Assembly (NCBI GenBank): GCA_951406725.2 | Contig: OX597816.1 | Location: 175,212,001-175,276,000, forward strand | DNA: 64,000 nt | DNA from: Octopus vulgaris | Taxonomy: Eukaryota | Direction: 5' to 3' | Part shown: piece by piece, positions 12,890 through 24,545 of the stretch | Position numbering within the stretch: the first letter of the stretch is position 1 | How the letters are laid out: the number at the start of each line of letters is the position of its first letter | Translations under genes and position numbers: made by a program | Notes under the pieces: model-generated | Database searches by the model: none | What the model saw: only the letters and a program-made list of their open reading frames with translations | Told to the model about the DNA's origin: nothing

Positions 12890-13092
12890 TTTTAAATTTT
12901 GGTACAAGGCCAGCAAGTTCGGCGGGTGGGGGCAGGGTAAGTCAAATACTCAGCTGGTATTTATTTTATTGACTCCACAAGGATGAAAGACAAAGTTGAC
13001 CCTAGCAGAATTTGAACTCAGAGTGTACAGACAGACAAAATGCTGCTAAGCATTTTGCCTGACATGCTAACGATTCTACCAGCTCACTGCTT
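12890..13092 (-). mobile_element. SINE family C (Nin-domain-like core), decayed
   Basis: GGATGAAAGACAAAGTTGACC...AATTTGAACTCAG core, also at ~12540-12700, 28895-29082 and 51780-51985, and on + at ~47975-48050 and 55760-55890. Confidence 0.65.
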
Positions 13093-13204
13093 GATATTAA
13101 TCATATAGATATATCTAAAGACAAACTGATGATAACACAAAGTAATAAATATTTAGATTCCTGTCTCGAATCTTTTATGATTTGTTTTTTATTTCCCTCT
13201 TTAG

Positions 13205-13281
13205 ATAAAGACCAATTAAAATCTGAAATTAGTCTAGTCCATGAAATTGCTTTAAAGCGTAATTTGACAGTCTCTTTTGAG
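13205..13281 (+). CDS. stau: Staufen internal exon (start of dsRBD3)
   Basis: tttAG|...|GTaagt. Encodes DKDQLKSEISLVHEIALKRNLTVSFE, the Staufen dsRBD3 helix 1 signature. Confidence 0.93.
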
Positions 13282-13385
13282 GTAAGTTGACTTTATCTAA
13301 AGAGTTTGTAACCATTTGATGCTGGGACTTTTGAAAATAAAATTACAATTTCTGGAAAAAAAATCTTAAATGTATCTTAAATATA

Positions 13386-13424
<39 letters not shown>

Positions 13425-13709
13425 AATTTCAAATGTCTGTTAAACTCTATTATGAGTTGTTATCCTCTGAGTGTTATCAAAAACTAAAGTTAAAAAATTA
13501 ATGCATACTGTTATAACTTCATTAGATATATACGCCAAAAATTTCTAATTAATTGCTCAGAATGTCTGTCTGTCTGTCACTTTGTATCTGTCTTAATGCT
13601 CTTGCTCTCCATGGCATATTGGATAACTTTTAGTATTCACACATACATGCACACACACACACACACGCACACACAAAAGTTATACTTAAAAATATCTTAA
13701 CCAATTTCA

Positions 13710-15617
13710 TTATCATCATCATCATCATCGTTTAACGTCCGTTTTCCATGCTAGCACGGGTTGGACGGTTCGACCAGTTTCTGGGAAGCCAGGGGCTGCT
13801 CCAGGCTCCAGTCTGATCTGGCAGAGTTTCTACGGCTGGATGCCCTTCCTAACGCCGACGACTCCGCGAGTGTAGTGGGTGCTTTTTACGTGCCACCTGC
13901 ACAGGTGCCGGGGGGGGGGGGGGGGGGTCCAGCATCGGTCACGATCGGTTGGAGCTTTTATCGTGCCAGCCAAGGCGGCGCTGGCAACGTTTGGATGGTC
14001 TTTTTATGTGCCACCGGCACAGGAGCCAGTCGGGGCGGCGCTGGCATCAGCCACGTTCAGATGGTGCTTTTTATGTGCCACCGGCACAGGCATCACAACT
14101 ACTATTTCCATTGATATTTATTTCGACATTCATGTTCATGTACTTGACTCAACAGGTCTCCTCAAGCACAGCGGGACGTTCTGGGATCCGGGGTACTTTG
14201 AATGGGCAGGGGCTATGCGGAACTGATGCAGGAAGCAGCCCAGGTCTTTGCAGTCACAGCATATCTCCAGAGATCTCGGTCCTTCGCCATTGCCTCAGTG
14301 AGGCCCAACGCTCTGAGGTCATGCTTGACTACCTCATCCCATGTCTTCCTGGGTCTACCTCTCCCCCTGATACCTTCAACTGTTTGGGATTGGCACTTCT
14401 TCACACATCTCTCCTCATCCATCCGCAGCACATGACCATACCATCGCAAGCGTCGCTCTTGCACACCACATCTGATGCTTCTTATATCCAGCATTTCTCT
14501 CAGGGTGCACACTGACATTACACATCCAGCGGATCATGCTAGCTTCATTTCTTTCAAGTCTACGCATGTTCCCTGCAGTCACAGCCCATGTTTCACTACT
14601 GTGAAGCATGGCAGTTCGCACGCATGCATCATACAATCTACCTTTCGCTCTGAAGGAGAGACCCTTTGTCGCCAGTAGGGGTAGGAGCTTTCTGAACTTT
14701 GCCCAGGCTATTCGTATTCTAGTGGTGATACTCTCTGTGCATCCACCTCCACTACTAACTTGGTCACCCAGGTAGCGGAAACTATCAACTACTTCTAGTT
14801 TCTCTCCCTGGAGTGTGATGGAATCTGTTTTCTGAGTGTCTGTGGTGTCTATTGTCCCTGTGCATCTGCCGCACATGAAAGCTATCTTATCTGTTAATTT
14901 TCCTTTAATGTTGCTGCACCTCTTGTGCGTCCATAGCTTACATTGGGTGCATCTTATGGAGTTTCTATCTACACCTTTCCTACAGATCGAGCAGGGCCAC
15001 CTACCCGAGGGTGTGTGTGCTGAGTTCGCCTTTCTGCTTACTATAACTTTGGTCTTTGCTACATTTACTCTAAGGCCCTGTGATTCTAACTCTTGCTTCC
15101 ACACCCGAAATTTCTTTTCTAGTTCCGGTAGTGATTCTGCTATGAGAGCCAGGTCATCAGCATAGAGGAGCTCCCAGGGGCATCCTGTTTTGAGTTCCTC
15201 TGTTATTGCCTGGAGGACTATGATGAATAAAAGGGGACTGAGGGCTGAGCCTTGGTGCACACCTACTTCTACCCGGAATTCTTCACTATATTCGTTGCCA
15301 ATCCTAACCTTGCTGACAGCCTCTCTGTATAGAGCCTGTACAGACCTTATTAGCCATTCGTCAATCTCCAGTTTCCGCATCGGCCACCAGATAAGGGAAC
15401 GGGGAACCCTGTCAAAGGTTTTCTCCAAGTCCACAAAAGCTATGTAGAGGGGTTTATCTTTAGCTAGGTACTTCTCCTGCAGTTGTCGGACCAGGAATAT
15501 AGCATCAGTGGTGCTTCTACCCGACACAAAACCGAACTGCATTTCATCTAAGCAAATTCTCTCCCTAATGAGATGGGTTATGACCCTCTCTGTGACCTTC
15601 ATCACCTGATCCAACAA
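13710..15617 (-). mobile_element. RTE-clade LINE, 5'-truncated (RT domain to (GAT)n tail), one frameshift
   Basis: ORF 14415-15617: QFGFVSGRSTTDAIF, AFVDLEKTFDRV, GVHQGSALSPLLF, LLYADD. Continues in ORF 14213-14518. Same 3' UTR as 8-430. Confidence 0.95.
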
Positions 15618-15622
15618 ACTAA

Positions 15623-16014
15623 TCTATATATATATATAAAAGTGAGGTTGTGTGGTGTCTGTCTCGTACGATTTAGATTCCTAACTACTCCCACATTTTG
15701 CGTTGCAGTGTAACCAAAAGCGGGTATCTTATAGTCGTGATTCATATCGAGCCCTTCTGGGTATTAGCGCATGTCTACGATGAGTCTACGATTTAAAAAA
15801 AAATTTACCATCATTTTTTCCCATTTTTAATGCATTTTTTTTGCTATTATATAAGGGAAGTAACTCTCTAAAAATGTATTATTAAATCTCAGAACGTAAC
15901 CCCCCCCCCTTTGTGGTTAGCCATATTGAGATGGCTATTATACTTTACCTCTCTAAAAATGCTTATATAGTTATTTCCCTTACAAATCCGAGCAACGCCG
16001 GGCGATACTGCTAG
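15623..16014 (+). mobile_element. Non-autonomous Helitron
   Basis: Starts A|TCTATATATATA, ends with GC hairpin CCGAGCAACGCCGGG then CTAG|T. Inserted between A and T with no TSD. Confidence 0.8.
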
Positions 16015-16656
16015 TTATTCATATTTTCATGTTACTGTAATTTATAAATACAGAAAAATTTGTGTATGACACTAAACTAGATGCTAATCTCTCTGCTGGC
16101 TGTTGAACAACTGCTAAATTAAATCCAAATGTTATGGGGTATGAAAAGAGGCTAGATTGCTAAGCTCATTCATCATCATCATTGTTTAATATCTGTTTTC
16201 TATGCTGACATTTGTTGGACAGTTTGACATGGAACTGGGAGCTGTCCAGACTACACTTGTCTGTTGTGGCATGGTTTCTATAACTAGATGCCTTCCTAAC
16301 ACCAACCACTTCAGAGAGTGTGCTGGGTGCTTTTTTTTACATGCCACCGGCATGGTTGTGTTTATGCAGCACCAGTATAAGTGCTTTTATTTGATACCCG
16401 AAAAGAGAAGCCTGTATGTGTGAAAGTGATTTTACTTAGCTTGACGTGTCTTATCAAGTACAGGTAAATCCAAATATCCTTCTGCAGAATTTCAAGAAAT
16501 TCAGATTATTTAACAACAAAAAATACACAAGAGAAAATTATATCTTAATATAATAAAGATCTCACCTCATAAAGTCAACAGTTGTTTTTATTGCATTAAC
16601 ATATATAATATGTATATGTGTGTGTATGTATGTATATATATATATATATATATATA

Positions 16657-17046
16657 TCACCATCTGAACGTGACCGATGCCAACCCCGCCTCGAATGGGT
16701 TCTGTGCCGGTAGCACATAAAAAGCAACATCCGAACGTGACCGATGCCAGCATGGCCTTGACTGGCCTCTGTGCCGGTAGCACAAAAAAAAAAAAAAAAA
16801 AAAAAAAAGCACCAACTGATCGTGGCCGATGCCAGACCCCTCTGGCACCTGTGCAGGTGGCACTTAAAAAGCACCCACTACACTCGCGGAGTGGTTGGCG
16901 TTAAGAAGGGCATCCAGCTGTAGAAACACTGCCAGATCAGACTGGAGCCTGGGGCAGCCCCTGGCTCCCCAGACCCCGGTCGAACCGTCCAACCCGTGCT
17001 AGCGTGGAAAACGGACGTTAAACGATGATGATGATTATGATGATGA
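16657..17046 (+). mobile_element. RTE LINE 3' UTR fragment
   Basis: GCACCCACTACACTC...GGACGTTAAACGATGATG end. Confidence 0.85.
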
Positions 17047-17329
17047 TATATATACATACAAACACACACACACATGTACATATACATGTATATATATAGA
17101 AAATATTAGAATTAATATTAACATCCTTGTAAATATATGCTAACACAATGTTATCAAGGCTATCCAAAATTAGCGAAATTCAAACTGAACATCTCAAAAT
17201 ATTACCAGTTTGATAAATGCTAACATAAAGATTGTCTAAATTGAAGGTTACACAATCTGTGTCTGCATGTAAAAATTATGCTATTACATTCATTGAGAAA
17301 GTCAGTGGATTGTATAATAAAGACTTCAG

Positions 17330-18240
17330 CTATCCAAGATCTCACTTGTTGTTACAGCTGGTATATGGTTTAGCATGGATGACGATGGATCACTTTAAAG
17401 TGTAAGAAATTGATTTGTTCTTGAGTTTATGGATAAGCTGAGATAAAGACCTACTGCTGGATTTTGTTTCGGACTTGAAGCTGGAGTAGTGGTTGCCCAC
17501 TCTAGCTTTGAAGGTGGGGCTGTAGAAGCTTATATATACATATAGTTATAGTTGACAGCTGCTACTGTGCATTTGTAAACAATGTTTTTAGTAAGACAGT
17601 AATTATCTAGGGCACCTGAAGCTGTATAGGTTCATAGGGGGTGTTTCTGGATGAATTTGTTAAGTGATTGTTATTTAGTGAAGGACCAGTGTTAGATACA
17701 TTTTAAGTAGTGGCATTAAAAATGGTATTTTTTCGAGGGTTGTGAGAGACGGTGGTGGGGTTGTAAATTATGATACTTTTCATGTCTGGTATTATTGTCT
17801 ACGTTGTTCTTTATTTCTGTATGAGGTATAGTTAGGCCTTGAGGTAAGTTTAAGGATCAGGTGTTAGTAATGGAACTATAGTAGGAAGTTTGAGGGTTAG
17901 TATTGGTAAGTTGGTTTATTGATGTTCTGGATTTATATGTATGGAGCTGAGGTTAGGGTGAGTTATGTTAGGGTTAGGGTGGATATAAGCAAATTGTGAG
18001 CTTCTGAGTTTCTTCTTGTTAAAATGTCAGATTACTCTGGCATTGTTAGTGGTGATGGAGTAAAAGTTTTATAGATTGGGAGTTAAAGATTTTTCTAAGG
18101 GAGCTGGATTTAGGGAAATGTTTTTCAAGTAAAGCAAAGAGTTTAGGTATTCAGGTCTGATGATTAAGGGCGAAGTGGGGTTGGAACCAGATTTGTGAGG
18201 TTATTAGAGTGGGGATAGAGCTTTGGAGATGCACGCTGGT
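17330..18240 (-). mobile_element. Old, decayed Penelope-like element fragment (GIY-YIG end)
   Basis: Minus translation of ~17340-17530 gives TFKARVGNHYSSFKSETKSSSRSLSQLIHKLKNKSISYTLK*SIVIHAKPY, typical of PLE endonuclease C-termini. The upstream part is full of stops. Confidence 0.55.
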
Positions 18241-18592
18241 GTCAATTATATGTATACACACACATGCACACACAAAGATAAATTGACAGATACAACTGAG
18301 TGGGCAAACAAAAATATGAGACACTGCCTAGTGCTTTTTTTTTATTTTGATAAGCCTGGTACTTATTCTATCAGTTTCTTCTTGTGAAACCAGTAAATTA
18401 TGGGGATGTAAATAAACGAACACCAGTTGTGAAGCAGTGATGAGGGAGAAACACAAAGACACAAATAGACTTACATATATACATACATTTATATATACAA
18501 TTGATTTTTTCAGTTTCTGTCAACAAAATTCTCTGACAAGGCTTTGGTTGGTCTGAGGCTATACCAGAAGACACATGCCAAGTTACCACACA

Positions 18593-18692
18593 NNNNNNNN
18601 NNNNNNNNNNNNNNNNNNNNNNNNNNNNNNNNNNNNNNNNNNNNNNNNNNNNNNNNNNNNNNNNNNNNNNNNNNNNNNNNNNNNNNNNNNNN
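18593..18692. other. Assembly gap (100 N, size probably unknown)
   Basis: Exactly 100 Ns, cutting a SINE on the left and the Penelope-like arm on the right. Confidence 0.99.
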
Positions 18693-21601
18693 TTTGTTGT
18701 GCAAGATTTTTTATGTGAAGTCGTGTGTTGAAACAGATATTGTTATATTTCGGAATGGTCATATTGCCAGTTTAGCCAATAAAAACACACGCACTATATA
18801 TTTGGTGTTATTTTGCTTCAGTGATATTTATTTTTTACATTAATCTTAATCTTATTTCGGCCAAAGTTCTTTCGTCACACTCCTGTGACCGCATCAGTGG
18901 TCCTTTGTTTTCTTCTCACTTACTTGTGTCTCTCCTTACTAACCGTCAGCCATTTTGTATTTCTATTGTATGTCTTCATTTGCGCATGCTTATATCTCTA
19001 TGTGCGTCTATGTTTATTTAGTGTGTGTGGGGGGGATGTCTGTAATATTTGTATCTTCTGGTTATATACATTCTTGTAATTTGTATTTTGTTTTTGTTGT
19101 TGTTGCTTTTGTTCTAATTTTGTTCATGTGTTTACATCCACCCATTATTATCATTACATATGCTTGTATGTATGTATAACAACAATATTAGTAATAATAA
19201 TAATAAATCTAATCGAGAAAAAAAAAAAAAAAAAAAAGAATATACATATACATATATATATATACATACATACACATACATATACATATATATATATACA
19301 TATATACACACATATATACACATATACATATACATATATATACACATATACATACACATAGATATTCATTTCTATTTCTTTAATTACCTGTGTATTTATT
19401 ATGTTTGCAGGATCCACTATTGTCATATGTTGTGGTGTGCGCTATTGCTCCATTCTAGTTTTCTATTCAGGCTAGGTTTATTTTCTATTATATGTGTAGC
19501 TTCTGTAATTTGTCTAATTGTTGCATCTGTTCTATGTGTGGACAATATCTTAATCTCTATGTTATTGATTTATCCCCCGTGTTCTTGTTCGGCGTGTTGG
19601 TACAGAATCGATGAGCTTTTACCTTCCTTGAGTTGTCTCCAATGTTCATTCACCCGCTCACCAATGCTTCTTGCAGTTTCCCCTACGTATGTTACTGTCT
19701 TGTTACTGCATCGTCCCTCTATACATCTTATACTATAGACCACATTTCTGGCTTTACAGTTCGTTTGTGGGCTAAATCTACATACAGTGCAATAGTTATC
19801 CGTACAGAGAGTTCTACTAAAAGGATAGGTTCTACCAATTATAGATCTGATAGGGTTGCCTGGCTTTTCAACAACCTTAATTCTTAGTTTAAGTTTATCT
19901 AGGGTCCTTCTAAAGCGGTACGCTAGTTCACCTCCAGGGTGGTGTCAACGAACATGACACTCTGGTATTTATGGCTATCATACCAAGAGTTGGCCTTCCT
20001 TATTTTCTTTTTTGTCCTTTCTATAGTGTTCCATGACTTGTTCCTATAGAGTGGGCAAATCCCATTCCTATCATTACATAATATATTATCAAATTTCTTC
20101 ATGGCTCCTTTGTATACTCTGATCCTTTCTTTATGGCTGTAACCTGAGAACTGCATGCGGTGAATGAAATACTGTATGTGTCTCTTTAATTCTGTAGGCT
20201 CGCACATGCGTGACGCATTTCTCATTATTCTGACGAGGTCTGCCATCAAAATATTGAATTTGGCATTGCCCGCAATGGCTGAGTTCCGGTGGATCAGGTA
20301 TTTTGAGGCCATAGGTTTTGCATAGTATGAATGAAGGATTTGGGTTTTATTTTTCACAATTTCTAGCCAGAGTTCAGTGTCTAGTACTGGTAGTCTATGG
20401 TTGGGGTGTTTAGTGGGGTAGTCTATTGTGACCTTAATACTCTGGTGGATGGAGTTAGCTATTTGCTGGATGCTCTCCATAGTATTAGTTTCTATTACTA
20501 TATCAACCGTACTCTCTTGTGGGGGTGCCTTTACTACTATATTGATATCATCAACATAGCGAGAGTACATGTTTACGAGTATGGATTTCTGCAGTAGGCA
20601 TTCTTTAAGCCTTCTGTCCCACCATACCATGAAGAGGTTGGCCACATCACCAGCGATACTAACACCGATGGCTGCCCCCTCGTCCTGGGCATATATTTTA
20701 TTATTAAATTTAAATGTGTGGCCTTTTAGGGTAACTCTTATACTAGCTCCTAGTGCATGTGCGATCATTTTCTTTACCTGATGGACATTTGCGGGGCTCC
20801 GTATGGCTCTGGTCCATCCGCGCCATCTTTCTATATGTGTCTTCCTAGCCATAGAAGTAATTGTAGGCGGTCTACCTCTTAAACATCTACTGGGGCAGAA
20901 ACTACTAAGATTATGTTTATCTAAGTATTCACTATTATATGTCAGTCTAAGTAGGAGGCCCAGTTCTTCTGTGTCGACATTACAGAACTCCACCTGGCTC
21001 TCGTTGATCATCTCCACGCACTTCTCCACTGCAAAATCTACGTCAATCGATGGGTATAGGGATACCACATCCATGCTACCTACTATACATCCTGTCAAGT
21101 CACAAGTTTTGTTACAGTCACTGATCCTGCTTAGGAGATCTTCTGTGCTGTCACATACATCAGGTGACATCCTGATTATAGGGCGTATGATCATTGAGAG
21201 GAAGTAGGAGATTCTGTAATTGCTAGCGATATTCGCTCCACAGACTGGTCTTGTTGGTGGTCCTGCTATAGGGTCAGTAAAACCTTTATGGTCCTTGCGA
21301 AGTCCATACAGTGCCGGGATATCATTGTTCCAGGCTTGGAAATTCTTTGCAGTACGTTTCTGAGGTCCCAGAACAATTGTCCACATCATCATGTGGGCAT
21401 TGAGGACCTTTTCTCTCTCCTCATGCGTCTGTACAGTTGTTACTTTTGTATTGGCGATATGAGGTTGCATTGCCTGGATGTAGTTCGGTAAGCTGTCTAT
21501 TGACATCCTGCCTGACTTATCCGTGGGAAGGCATATCACCTCTCCGTTCCTCGTGCGCTGAATGAGCTTCTGTAGGCCACATGCAGGTTTAATCCCTAGT
21601 T
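18693..21601 (-). mobile_element. Penelope-like element, inverted arm (RT ORF 21539-19923, frameshifted before the endonuclease)
   Basis: Reverse complement of 21682-24545. Lacks one base in a G run near 19937, giving the 538 aa ORF. Confidence 0.93.
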
Positions 21602-21743
21602 CACTATAGCTAGGACCAAACTTAGACAGATTTTAGGTTTATACATTAAGAGACAGAGACAGAATAAGACAGATGCCCAACAACTAGGGATTAAACCTGC
21701 ATGTGGCCTACAGAAGCTCATTCAGCGCACGAGGAACGGAGAG

Positions 21744-23861
21744 GTGATATGCCTTCCCACGGATAAGTCAGGCAGGATGTCAATAGACAGCTTACCGAAC
21801 TACATCCAGGCAATGCAACCTCATATCGCCAATACAAAAGTAACAACTGTACAGACGCATGAGGAGAGAGAAAAGGTCCTCAATGCCCACATGATGATGT
21901 GGACAATTGTTCTGGGACCTCAGAAACGTACTGCAAAGAATTTCCAAGCCTGGAACAATGATATCCCGGCACTGTATGGACTTCGCAAGGACCATAAAGG
22001 TTTTACTGACCCTATAGCAGGACCACCAACAAGACCAGTCTGTGGAGCGAATATCGCTAGCAATTACAGAATCTCCTACTTCCTCTCAATGATCATACGC
22101 CCTATAATCAGGATGTCACCTGATGTATGTGACAGCACAGAAGATCTCCTAAGCAGGATCAGTGACTGTAACAAAACTTGTGACTTGACAGGATGTATAG
22201 TAGGTAGCATGGATGTGGTATCCCTATACCCATCGATTGACGTAGATTTTGCAGTGGAGAAGTGCGTGGAGATGATCAACGAGAGCCAGGTGGAGTTCTG
22301 TAATGTCGACACAGAAGAACTGGGCCTCCTACTTAGACTGACATATAATAGTGAATACTTAGATAAACATAATCTTAGTAGTTTCTGCCCCAGTAGATGT
22401 TTAAGAGGTAGACCGCCTACAATTACTTCTATGGCTAGGAAGACACATATAGAAAGATGGCGCGGATGGACCAGAGCCATACGGAGCCCCGCAAATGTCC
22501 ATCAGGTAAAGAAAATGATCGCACATGCACTAGGAGCTAGTATAAGAGTTACCCTAAAAGGCCACACATTTAAATTTAATAATAAAATATATGCCCAGGA
22601 CGAGGGGGCAGCCATCGGTGTTAGTATCGCTGGTGATGTGGCCAACCTCTTCATGGTATGGTGGGACAGAAGGCTTAAAGAATGCCTACTGCAGAAATCC
22701 ATACTCGTAAACATGTACTCTCGCTATGTTGATGATATCAATATAGTAGTAAAGGCACCCCCACAAGAGAGTACGGTTGATATAGTAATAGAAACTAATA
22801 CTATGGAGAGCATCCAGCAAATAGCTAACTCCATCCACCAGAGTATTAAGGTCACAATAGACTACCCCACTAAACACCCCAACCATAGACTACCAGTACT
22901 AGACACTGAACTCTGGCTAGAAATTGTGAAAAATAAAACCCAAATCCTTCATTCATACTATGCAAAACCTATGGCCTCAAAATACCTGATCCACCGGAAC
23001 TCAGCCATTGCGGGCAATGCCAAATTCAATATTTTGATGGCAGACCTCGTCAGAATAATGAGAAATGCGTCACGCATGTGCGAGCCTACAGAATTAAAGA
23101 GACACATACAGTATTTCATTCACCGCATGCAGTTCTCAGGTTACAGCCATAAAGAAAGGATCAGAGTATACAAAGGAGCCATGAAGAAATTTGATAATAT
23201 ATTATGTAATGATAGGAATGGGATTTGCCCACTCTATAGGAACAAGTCATGGAACACTATAGAAAGGACAAAAAAGAAAATAAGGAAGGCCAACTCTTGG
23301 TATGATAGCCATAAATACCAGAGTGTCATGTTCGTTGACACCACCCCTGGAGGTGAACTAGCGTACCGCTTTAGAAGGACCCTAGATAAACTTAAACTAA
23401 GAATTAAGGTTGTTGAAAAGCCAGGCAACCCTATCAGATCTATAATTGGTAGAACCTATCCTTTTAGTAGAACTCTCTGTACGGATAACTATTGCACTGT
23501 ATGTAGATTTAGCCCACAAACGAACTGTAAAGCCAGAAATGTGGTCTATAGTATAAGATGTATAGAGGGACGATGCAGTAACAAGACAGTAACATACGTA
23601 GGGGAAACTGCAAGAAGCATTGGTGAGCGGGTGAATGAACATTGGAGACAACTCAAGGAAGGTAAAAGCTCATCGATTCTGTACCAACACGCCGAACAAG
23701 AACACGGGGGATCAATCAATAACATAGAGATTAAGATATTGTCCACACATAGAACAGATGCAACAATTAGACAAATTACAGAAGCTACACATATAATAGA
23801 AAATAAACCTAGCCTGAATAGAAAACTAGAATGGAGCAATAGCGCACACCACAACATATGA
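21744..23861 (+). CDS. Penelope-like reverse transcriptase-GIY-YIG endonuclease (uninterrupted frame, N-terminus missing)
   Basis: [39 protein letters not shown]; Cys linker CTDNYCTVC; VVYSIRC...C...[16 protein letters not shown]...H. The frame stays open upstream to ~21600, so the called GTG is not the true start. Confidence 0.95.
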   Translation: MICLPTDKSGRMSIDSLPNYIQAMQPHIANTKVTTVQTHEEREKVLNAHMMMWTIVLGPQKRTAKNFQAWNNDIPALYGLRKDHKGFTDPIAGPPTRPVCGANIASNYRISYFLSMIIRPIIRMSPDVCDSTEDLLSRISDCNKTCDLTGCIVGSMDVVSLYPSIDVDFAVEKCVEMINESQVEFCNVDTEELGLLLRLTYNSEYLDKHNLSSFCPSRCLRGRPPTITSMARKTHIERWRGWTRAIRSPANVHQVKKMIAHALGASIRVTLKGHTFKFNNKIYAQDEGAAIGVSIAGDVANLFMVWWDRRLKECLLQKSILVNMYSRYVDDINIVVKAPPQESTVDIVIETNTMESIQQIANSIHQSIKVTIDYPTKHPNHRLPVLDTELWLEIVKNKTQILHSYYAKPMASKYLIHRNSAIAGNAKFNILMADLVRIMRNASRMCEPTELKRHIQYFIHRMQFSGYSHKERIRVYKGAMKKFDNILCNDRNGICPLYRNKSWNTIERTKKKIRKANSWYDSHKYQSVMFVDTTPGGELAYRFRRTLDKLKLRIKVVEKPGNPIRSIIGRTYPFSRTLCTDNYCTVCRFSPQTNCKARNVVYSIRCIEGRCSNKTVTYVGETARSIGERVNEHWRQLKEGKSSSILYQHAEQEHGGSINNIEIKILSTHRTDATIRQITEATHIIENKPSLNRKLEWSNSAHHNI

Positions 23862-24379
23862 CAATAGTGGATCCTGCAAACATAATAAATACACAGGTAA
23901 TTAAAGAAATAGAAATGAATATCTATGTGTATGTATATGTGTATATATATGTATATGTATATGTGTATATATGTGTGTATATATGTATATATATATATGT
24001 ATATGTATGTGTATGTATATATATATATATATGTATATGTATATTCTTTTTTTTTTTTTTTTTTTCTCGATTAGATTTATTATTATTATTACTAATATTG
24101 TTGTTATACATACATACAAGCATATGTAATGATAATAATGGGTGGATGTAAACACATGAACAAAATTAGAACAAAAGCAACAACAACAAAAACAAAATAC
24201 AAATTACAAGAATGTATATAACCAGAAGATACAAATATTACAGACATCCCCCCCACACACACTAAATAAACATAGACGCACATAGAGATATAAGCATGCG
24301 CAAATGAAGACATACAATAGAAATACAAAATGGCTGACGGTTAGTAAGGAGAGACACAAGTAAGTGAGAAGAAAACAAA

Positions 24380-24424
24380 GGACCACTGATGCGGTCACAG
24401 GAGTGTGACGAAAGAACTTTGGCC
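24380..24424 (+). ncRNA. Minimal hammerhead-ribozyme-like motif in PLE 3' UTR (mirror copy 18859-18903, minus)
   Basis: GGACCA-CTGATGCG-GTCAC(aggagt)GTGAC-GAAA-GAACTT-TGGCC: stem II closed by GAAA, flanks pair as stem I. Core has C in place of A9. Confidence 0.5.
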
Positions 24425-24545
24425 GAAATAAGATTAAGATTAATGTAAAAAATAAATATCACTGAAGCAAAATAACACCAAATATATAGTGCGTGTGTTT
24501 TTATTGGCTAAACTGGCAATATGACCATTCCGAAATATAACAATA

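Larger units (their letters stand above)
21602..24545 (+). mobile_element. Penelope-like retroelement (PLE), 5'-truncated, with ~680 bp 3' UTR/pseudo-LTR
   Basis: RT plus C-terminal GIY-YIG architecture, inverted duplication, hammerhead-like motif in the 3' UTR, ends at an AT satellite. Confidence 0.93.

Noticed and set aside
19128-19426. Tyr/Ile/Val/Cys-rich ORFs here and at 23858-24155, 26804-27004 and 61519-63249
   Set aside because: Microsatellite translations.
19923-21539. Separate endonuclease-less 538 aa RT gene
   Set aside because: Identical to the + ORF except for a one-base loss in a homopolymer near a contig end; a mutation or consensus error rather than a distinct protein.
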